64,000 nucleotides of DNA from Vulcanimicrobiota bacterium. GTDB taxonomy: Bacteria; Vulcanimicrobiota; Vulcanimicrobiia; Vulcanimicrobiales; Vulcanimicrobiaceae. The stretch spans positions 256,001 through 320,000 of the forward strand of contig CAWAXX010000023.1 in NCBI GenBank assembly GCA_963786105.1, given 5' to 3'. Shown here in pieces: positions 57,578-64,000 of this stretch. The translations under genes and the position numbers were made by a program. Each line of letters opens with the position of its first letter. Position 1 is the stretch's first letter. A model generated the notes under the pieces. The model did no database searches, had not been told where the DNA came from, and saw nothing but the letters and a program-made list of their open reading frames with translations.

Positions 57578-58945
57578 CTATTGCGAATCGACGGGTTGAT
57601 ACGACGGAGCCCGCGTCAAGAAATACGAAAGCGGATACGTTGCGGGAATCGGTTTGAACGGTCGCGGCGGCTTCGTGAAGTCGAAAACGTCCCCAATCGA
57701 CGCCGCGCGCTTATCGCTCGTGCCTAGCCGTTGGAGACCCCAGTTATCTTCCACGAACCTCAGAATGCTGCCGAACTCGTACCGGGTATGCGAGATGTAG
57801 CCCTGACGCGCGTACGGCGAGATGACGAGCATCGGAACCCGGAAACCCAGGCCCTGGTAATCGAGCTGAGGCGGCGCAACGTGATCGTAAAATCCGCCCC
57901 AATCGTCCCACACGACGACGATCGCCGTAGACTTCCAAGCGCTCGTCTTTCCGATCGCGTTGACGATCTGCGCGACCCACGATGGGCCGCGGTTCGAGCC
58001 GGTCCCGGGATGGTCAGAGTCGAGCTTGTCTGGAATTACCCACGACACCGCCGCCAGTTTGTGAGCGGCGATATCGGTGAGGACCTTCGTTTGGGGAGAT
58101 AGCACGTTGGCTTGCCATTCCGGGCCATACCGAACGGCACGGATCGCGTCGAAGGCGGTCCAGAGCCAGCCACCGCTCGGATACGTAAATGGCGGTGCGT
58201 AATACTTCCACGATACGCCCTTGGCGTCGAGGGTGTCGCGCATGGTGCGATAGTCGAGACAGGGGAACGGGCCTTGAAACTTTAGGAACTGGCGCCCGGT
58301 GGCCAACAGGGAGGTCTTGGTCCCATCGGGAGCGTCGCATCCCCACGGCTCTCGAGTCGGGTCGTCAACTAAGCTCTGGCCCGGCGCGACCGGTGTTCCG
58401 CCCGCGATGAGATCCTGATGCCCGACGAAGCTGCCGCTGCTTTGCCGCTCGAACATGTGATCGGCGAGCACGTACTGCTGCGCCATCGCCCAATACGGCT
58501 GGATCTGTGCCGGATCGACGTACTGATACGGGAAAAGCCCCGCCGGCGGTCCGTTGCCACTCCCGAAATGGATAAGGTCGAAACCATCCATCTTGCCGCC
58601 GTCGTATTCCTTAACGAAGGTCGCCCATTGGTGGGTGATGTCGAGCTTGTCCGTGAGTTTGGCCTTCTTGAGCTTCACGGTTTTCCCGTCGTGCGTTTTT
58701 CCGGTGGTTGCGCCGTCGGCACCGGGGAACGTCGCGAAGAAATTGTCGAAGCTTCGGTTCTCTTGGACCACGATCACGACGTGTTTGATGTACGGCGGCT
58801 CGGATGCCGTGCGCGCAACGTTTTGCGCTGACGACGACACGGGCGTGAAGCCCGACTGGTACGCGGGGGCTCCGGGGCGCGCCGAGCAGCCTGCGGCTAT
58901 GAGGATAGCGACGCAAGCAGCCGCGGCAATACGCGAAGCCTTCAT
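57578..58945 (-). CDS. Phosphoesterase (PLC/AcpA family) lipoprotein
   Basis: AAGC lipobox; [27 protein letters not shown]. Confidence 0.92.
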   Translation of the reverse strand: MKASRIAAAACVAILIAAGCSARPGAPAYQSGFTPVSSSAQNVARTASEPPYIKHVVIVVQENRSFDNFFATFPGADGATTGKTHDGKTVKLKKAKLTDKLDITHQWATFVKEYDGGKMDGFDLIHFGSGNGPPAGLFPYQYVDPAQIQPYWAMAQQYVLADHMFERQSSGSFVGHQDLIAGGTPVAPGQSLVDDPTREPWGCDAPDGTKTSLLATGRQFLKFQGPFPCLDYRTMRDTLDAKGVSWKYYAPPFTYPSGGWLWTAFDAIRAVRYGPEWQANVLSPQTKVLTDIAAHKLAAVSWVIPDKLDSDHPGTGSNRGPSWVAQIVNAIGKTSAWKSTAIVVVWDDWGGFYDHVAPPQLDYQGLGFRVPMLVISPYARQGYISHTRYEFGSILRFVEDNWGLQRLGTSDKRAASIGDVFDFTKPPRPFKPIPATYPLSYFLTRAPSYQPVDSQ

Positions 58946-59106
58946 GCGGGCTCATACCGCGGATGCTGCGTCGGTTTCCTGCAGCAGCCCGGCACGAGGC
59001 GGGGCACAGGGGTCAACCGAGCACCCGGCACCAAGGGAACGCGTATGCGAGCAATAATCGTCGCCGTCGTTGCTTCACAAATGCTGCTTCGACCTTGGAG
59101 GCGAAC

Positions 59107-60111
59107 ATGTTTCAACCGCGCGCAGTTGCTCACACGCAGGTAACCGTTGCCCTTGCCGGTCTCGCACTCTCGAGTTGCAGCGGCGGCGGAGGCGGAGGAA
59201 CGATTCCTTCGGGCGCGGGATCGGCCGTCACGCAGTCCGTTCCGGCGCAATCGCTGAAAAGTGAAAACACCGCGGCGACGGCTCTCTACGTTAGCGATTT
59301 CTACGGAAAATCGGTATTTCGTTTCGTGCGGAACTCCGACGGAACGCTCGTCACTCCCGCCGGGTCGTCGCTCGTGCTACCGTACAATCCCGGACCGATC
59401 GCGATCGGTCGAAGCGGCAGCTTGTTCGTGACCGACGAACAGAATGAGTCGATCGAAGTGTATCGCAAGGGTGCGACGGGATCGCAGCAGCCGTCTCGAA
59501 CGCTGCTGCTACCGTTCGTTCCGAGCTGCGTTGCGGTCGATCGCGATGGGTACGAATACGCCGGTGGATTTTCCAACGGTTACGTGGCGGTCTTCGCGCC
59601 GGGCGCTCACGGGCTCGCAAACACGATCCAACGGATCGCGCTGCCGGACGGGCATCCCGACATCAACGGCGTGACCGTCGACGCGTCGGGCAATCTGTAC
59701 GTTTCCGACTCGAACGAAGTCAGCGAGTTTGCAACTCCGGCCACGCATCCAACCTTAATGCGTGCGATCGTCGGCTCCGGCGAGCAGAATTCGCCGGCGG
59801 GCATGGCGCTGCAGAACGTGACCGGCGAGCTCTACGTGGCGAATAGCGGTGACGGGAACGTTCTCGCGTACTCCTCATCGGCTAACGGCAAAGACCATCC
59901 GGATCGCACGATCGCGTCGAACGGTCCGCCGCTAGTAAATCCGGTTGCCGTCGCCGTTCGCGGCTCGCTGCTCTACTCTACGAGCGGAACGTCGCTAAAC
60001 GGTCCTCCCTCGGTTTTCGTGCTCGACGCACTCAAGGGCGCGCAGCACCCAAAACAGGTCGTCACCGGATCGTATCTCTCGTCTCCAGCCGGGGTCGCCC
60101 TGGGGCCGTAA
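59107..60111 (+). CDS. NHL/beta-propeller lipoprotein
   Basis: GGAGG RBS; LSSC lipobox; VDASGNLYVSD and GELYVAN repeats. Confidence 0.8.
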   Translation: MFQPRAVAHTQVTVALAGLALSSCSGGGGGGTIPSGAGSAVTQSVPAQSLKSENTAATALYVSDFYGKSVFRFVRNSDGTLVTPAGSSLVLPYNPGPIAIGRSGSLFVTDEQNESIEVYRKGATGSQQPSRTLLLPFVPSCVAVDRDGYEYAGGFSNGYVAVFAPGAHGLANTIQRIALPDGHPDINGVTVDASGNLYVSDSNEVSEFATPATHPTLMRAIVGSGEQNSPAGMALQNVTGELYVANSGDGNVLAYSSSANGKDHPDRTIASNGPPLVNPVAVAVRGSLLYSTSGTSLNGPPSVFVLDALKGAQHPKQVVTGSYLSSPAGVALGP

Positions 60112-60120
60112 AAAAGACCT

Positions 60121-61125
60121 TCAGTTTGGAAGGCTGTTGGGGATCGTCGTGATACCGCTGAGATCACCTCGGCGGTACGATCCCATGTTACGGCCGCCGG
60201 GATACCCTCGCTGCAGGATGTAGGAAGTGCCGCCCGACACCGTTTCGTCAAAGGCAAACACGATCCGTGACGTTGCATCGAGTCGCATCTGGCCGACGCA
60301 GTTTCCGTTGAGATCGACGGCGTGGGCCGTGTTCCTAGCATATGGCTTGGGATAGATCGTCATGCGGCCCTCTTGTCCACCGGCACAGAGGTCCGGGTCG
60401 TCTAACACGATCAAATCGTCGGTTTTCGGGTCGACGGCAACGCCGGCGACGTATCCGTTCTCGGGTCGTAAATCTAAACGCCGGCACTTACCGGGTTGCG
60501 GTCCCCCTGGCCCGTTGGGTATTTCCACCACGCCGGCGAACGTCTGCTGGTAGCCGTTGACGAAGATGTCACCTTCGTTGTCGGTCGCAATGGCCTCGCC
60601 GAAGCCGATATATTGGCAGACGAGTTCTATGGCCTTCGACGAGTTGGCGCGATACATCGTCACGTTCCCCTTATCGTCATCTTGAACGTTCAACACGAAG
60701 AGGTTCGCATTCTTATCGATGGCGATATCGAGTGGCGTTCCATTCGGATCGGGAAGGGTCGACTGAGCTTGCGTCGTGAGGTTGTAAAGCACGACGCCGG
60801 GCGGACGCTGGCTCGCGATTGCGAGTTCGTCGGCATTCGCGACCATGCCGGCCGCTCGGGCGAGATGTGGGATCTTGCCGATCCTTTGCGGACGGCCTCC
60901 GCCGTGCGGCTTCATCGGATAATACTTGAGCACGCCCCCATACGAAACGCCGATCAGCACAGGGGTCTGGAGAGCTTGACTTTCCGCAATCGCGCGTGGC
61001 GCGTAAAGCCCCGAGCCCTGCGTACCGCCGGATGGCCGGAGCGGGGGGACCGAAGCGATCGGGTTGCAGCCGGCCAAAACTGATGCTAGACAGACCGTTG
61101 CAAAGCAAAAGGAAGAACGTGCCAT
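60121..61125 (-). CDS. Beta-propeller-like lipoprotein
   Basis: GGAGG RBS; LAGC lipobox; IAIDKNANLFV, IATDNEGDIFV and VAVDPKTDDLIV repeats. Confidence 0.75.
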   Translation of the reverse strand: MARSSFCFATVCLASVLAGCNPIASVPPLRPSGGTQGSGLYAPRAIAESQALQTPVLIGVSYGGVLKYYPMKPHGGGRPQRIGKIPHLARAAGMVANADELAIASQRPPGVVLYNLTTQAQSTLPDPNGTPLDIAIDKNANLFVLNVQDDDKGNVTMYRANSSKAIELVCQYIGFGEAIATDNEGDIFVNGYQQTFAGVVEIPNGPGGPQPGKCRRLDLRPENGYVAGVAVDPKTDDLIVLDDPDLCAGGQEGRMTIYPKPYARNTAHAVDLNGNCVGQMRLDATSRIVFAFDETVSGGTSYILQRGYPGGRNMGSYRRGDLSGITTIPNSLPN

Positions 61126-61287
61126 AGACGTTGCCTCCGGAGCTGACAAGTGTATCGTACCGCGCCGGCACGGTGGAAGCAATGGTCTCGGCTCGACCCT
61201 CGATAGATGCGCTCAAGATGCGCTTAGGGCTGCGATTCCGCAAGATTCGGAGGGCGTCCGCCGGTCAGACGAGCTACGCTGGTACCG

Positions 61288-62022
61288 ATGACCGTCGTTG
61301 CCACGCAGACTGCCTCTTCGATTCCCCAGCGCGTCGCAATTCTCGACTGGACGCGGATCCGAGCAGACCTCGATTCGCGCGGTATGGCGCTAACCGGACC
61401 ACTCTTGAATCCGAACGAATGCCGATCTCTCGGCGACGCGTATAGCGACGATACGCTCTACCGGAAGCGAGTCATCATGGGGCGTCACGGATTTGGAAGC
61501 GGTGAATATAAGTACTACGAATACCCGTTGCCTCCGGCGGTTGCAGCGCTCCGCGAGGCGATGTACCCGCGGCTCGCGTGCGTTGCGAACGAGTGGACGT
61601 CGACGCTCGGTACGACGGCGTTTCCTCCGACGCTGGCGCGAATGGTCGAGTACTGCCGCGCGAGGGGACAAGCGCGGCCGACGCCGCTGATTTTGCGCTA
61701 TAGCGCCGGCGACTACAACTGCTTGCACCAGGACGTTTACGGCGAAGCCGTCTTTCCGATTCAGCTGACCGTATTGCTGAGCGATCCGCAACGCGAGTTC
61801 GAGGGTGGTGAATTCGTTTTGGTGGAACAGCGTCCGCGCAAACAGTCACGGGTCGAGGTCGTGTCGCTCGCTCGCGGGGAAGGCGTGCTTTTTGCGGTTC
61901 GCAACAGGCCGGTTCGCGGGAGCCGCGGTACGTACAAGGCGAGCGTGCGTCACGGCGTTGCGACGGTGCGCTCCGGCGAACGGATCGCATTAGGGATTAT
62001 CTTTCACGAAGCTGCTTGCTGA
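61288..62022 (+). CDS. 2OG-Fe(II) oxygenase (DUF2086 / Oxygenase-NA family)
   Basis: GFGSGEYKY, RPTPLIL.Y..GDYNCLHQD, EQRPR.QS, RHGV, GIIFH. Confidence 0.9.
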   Translation: MTVVATQTASSIPQRVAILDWTRIRADLDSRGMALTGPLLNPNECRSLGDAYSDDTLYRKRVIMGRHGFGSGEYKYYEYPLPPAVAALREAMYPRLACVANEWTSTLGTTAFPPTLARMVEYCRARGQARPTPLILRYSAGDYNCLHQDVYGEAVFPIQLTVLLSDPQREFEGGEFVLVEQRPRKQSRVEVVSLARGEGVLFAVRNRPVRGSRGTYKASVRHGVATVRSGERIALGIIFHEAAC

Positions 62023-62110
62023 ATAACCGTCGGGAGGCCGGATCGACGAGCGTTCGTTCAAGAAGTTCGACTCCGGGTAAACTGCTGGAAACGATTGCGG
62101 CGCAACGCCA

Positions 62111-63490
62111 TTACTGGTAGTCTGGGGCGCGGAAGTCGTTACGCTGTCGGAGGAAAAACGACGGACCTTTCGGTGCCTTGATCGGGACGAACGCTCGCGG
62201 CGGTTGCATAAAATCGAAGCAATCTCCGGCCGGCGAATTGGCACGCGCGTCGCTGTCACCGAGGCGGCCCAGCCCAAAAACGTCTTCGGCAAACGTCAAG
62301 ATGCCGGCGGTCTCGTACTGGACGTGCGAGACGTAGTTTCTTTTTGCATATGGCGATATCGCCAACAGCGGTACGCGAAAACCGAGCCCGTCGTAATCCC
62401 GCAATTGCGGGGAGACGTGATCGTACAAGCCGCCCCAATCGTCCCACACCACGAAGATGGCGGTCGTTTTCCAGAACGCGCTCTTACCAACGGCGTTGAC
62501 GAGCGATGCGACCCACGACGGGCCGTAGCCTCCACCGCAGGCTGTGTGATCGGAGTTGTCACATATCGGCGTGATCCAGGTGACCGCGCTCAAGGTGCCG
62601 CGTTTAACATCGGTGATGAAGGCGCTCTGCGGGGTGATGACGTCCTTCGCCCAGTCCGGTCCGTGCTTGATATGGCGGACTGCTTGGTAGGCCGACCAGT
62701 ACCCCGCCGGTCCTCCCGACGGGCTGGCGTATTCGCTCGTGTAAAATCGCCAAGGCCGTCCAGCAGCATCGAGCTCGTCGCCCAGCGTGCGGTAGTCGAA
62801 GCACGGTTTCTGATACGAACCGTACGAACGATCGTGCGCGATCGTCAGCACGAGGTCTTGCCTGCCGCCGCCGCAGCCCCAAAGACCGGTCGGGACGTTG
62901 ACGCTGCTATGCGCTTGGGCGGCAATGAGATACTGATGGGCGACGAAACTCTCGTCGAGCTGCGACGTAAACGTGCGATCGGACAAGACCCACTCGTGCG
63001 CCATGTCGAAGTATGGTTTCGATTCAACGTGGGGTACGTATGCGTACTGCGCGAGTCTGATGGGACCACCCTCGACCGATTCCGTATCGAATCCGTTCAT
63101 CCGGCAATCCGTGCCGGGCCGTTTTCCGGTTCCGTTGCAGTCGCCGAACATTGCGTCCGACGAGTGATCGATTACGTATTGCGATGTCAAGCTGACGGGC
63201 CGCAGCGGAATCCAGCGACCCTTCGAGTCCTTGCCGCGCGTGACGGTGTCGGCACCGGGATATCCTTGGAACAGGTTGTCGAAGCTGCGGTTTTCTTGAA
63301 TGATGATGACGACGTGTTTAATTTTGCCCGAGCCGCGCGCGGCCATCGCCGCGTTTGGTCGCGCGACGGACGGTACGAGCGGGCCGGAGGGCGTCCCGTT
63401 CGATGCAAACGAACATCCCTCAAGCAAAGCAACCGTTAGCAACGCGAAAGCAACACGCAAATCGGCTAGCGATTTCAGCGCGACCGCCAC
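62111..63490 (-). CDS. Phosphoesterase (PLC/AcpA family) lipoprotein
   Basis: GGAGG RBS; LEGC lipobox; ENRSFDN; SFVAHQ; WDDWGGLYDH. Confidence 0.92.
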   Translation of the reverse strand: MAVALKSLADLRVAFALLTVALLEGCSFASNGTPSGPLVPSVARPNAAMAARGSGKIKHVVIIIQENRSFDNLFQGYPGADTVTRGKDSKGRWIPLRPVSLTSQYVIDHSSDAMFGDCNGTGKRPGTDCRMNGFDTESVEGGPIRLAQYAYVPHVESKPYFDMAHEWVLSDRTFTSQLDESFVAHQYLIAAQAHSSVNVPTGLWGCGGGRQDLVLTIAHDRSYGSYQKPCFDYRTLGDELDAAGRPWRFYTSEYASPSGGPAGYWSAYQAVRHIKHGPDWAKDVITPQSAFITDVKRGTLSAVTWITPICDNSDHTACGGGYGPSWVASLVNAVGKSAFWKTTAIFVVWDDWGGLYDHVSPQLRDYDGLGFRVPLLAISPYAKRNYVSHVQYETAGILTFAEDVFGLGRLGDSDARANSPAGDCFDFMQPPRAFVPIKAPKGPSFFLRQRNDFRAPDYQ

Positions 63491-63503
63491 TGAACCTCCA
63501 ACG

Positions 63504-63607
63504 ATCCTTCGACTGCGCTCCTTCGACTGCGCTCGCTTCGCTCGCTCCGCTCAGGATGACGCGCGCCTCCGCTCAGGATGACACGGCGAGTCCTCTCAGG
63601 ATGACAC
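63504..63607. repeat. REP-like repeat cluster copy 3 (three CTCAGGATGAC units)
   Basis: Tandem TCCTTCGACTGCGC x2 and CTCAGGATGAC x3. Confidence 0.8.
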
Positions 63608-63649
63608 GGGCACAGGGGTGCTGCGGTTCGGCGCCGCAGACAGAGCGGT

Positions 63650-64000
63650 ATGCGCCGGAACATCTCGCGAGCGCTCTTGATCGTCGTAACGCTCTTGGTC
63701 GTCGCGATTTACTATCTGCCGATCGGACACGTCGACTTCGCGGAGAATTGGGGCGAGGGCACGTTTGGTGCGACGATTCCGGCCCGCAGCGCGATCGTCG
63801 CGAGCGTCGATCCGAGCTCGCCGGCGGACCGAGCTGGGGTTCGCGCCGGCGACCGCCTGCGCGCGGGGGACAACTACGAAATTTCATCGCGATTGCGCTC
63901 GGGCTATCCGGGCGAGCGCGAAACCGTGACGTTCGAGCGCGGCGGCGTCGCGCGCACGGTCGTCCTGACGGCGCAGCCCAATCCGGCCTTCGGTATTTGG
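63650..64000 (+). CDS. Membrane protein with a PDZ domain, runs off the window; not in the ORF track
   Basis: Manual translation MRRNISRALLIVVTLLVVAIYYLP...IVASVDPSSPADRAGVRAGDRL...VTFERGG. Confidence 0.75.
   Translation, partial: MRRNISRALLIVVTLLVVAIYYLPIGHVDFAENWGEGTFGATIPARSAIVASVDPSSPADRAGVRAGDRLRAGDNYEISSRLRSGYPGERETVTFERGGVARTVVLTAQPNPAFGIW

Noticed and set aside
47459..63439. Long plus-strand ORFs antisense to phosphoesterases (e.g. 47459-48835, 50079-51650, 51855-53102, 62204-63439)
   Set aside because: Shadow ORFs caused by high-GC codon bias. They recur opposite each paralogue and have no domain motifs.
63504..63607. Possible mini CRISPR array
   Set aside because: Units are short and irregular, spacers are only about 8-12 nt, no cas genes are present, and the motif is dispersed like a REP element.

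Overview
High-GC bacterial chromosomal window. The gene style (many lipoproteins, NHL/beta-propeller proteins, an expanded phosphoesterase family) suggests Eremiobacterota/Vulcanimicrobiota; this is inference only. Positions 1-20.1 kb hold a minus-strand extracellular contractile injection system (eCIS, Afp/PVC-like) operon. It encodes a DUF4255 cap, two sheaths, two tubes, an Afp7-like initiator, an Afp6-like small protein, a split VgrG (hub and spike), an unknown protein with a hydrophobic C-terminus, gp25, baseplate J, a P2-I-type wedge protein and three paralogous fibre-like proteins. The operon runs off the left edge and is preceded by a lysozyme/SLT-like gene. The most striking observation is a PKD/Ig-like fold split across three consecutive eCIS genes: the N-half on the wedge protein, a circularly permuted C-half+N-half protein, and a C-half-only protein. 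This suggests an anchor/shaft/cap filament built by strand complementation. The rest of the window contains a LemA/TPM cluster, creatininase plus a peptide-binding protein, an HD-GYP protein and a MalT-like LuxR regulator, a multicopper oxidase-ZIP transporter fusion, PPi-PFK, a TonB-dependent receptor and an amidohydrolase. It also holds nine phosphoesterase (PLC/AcpA family) paralogues plus a remnant, and REP-like repeats next to some of these. No rRNA, tRNA or CRISPR array was seen.
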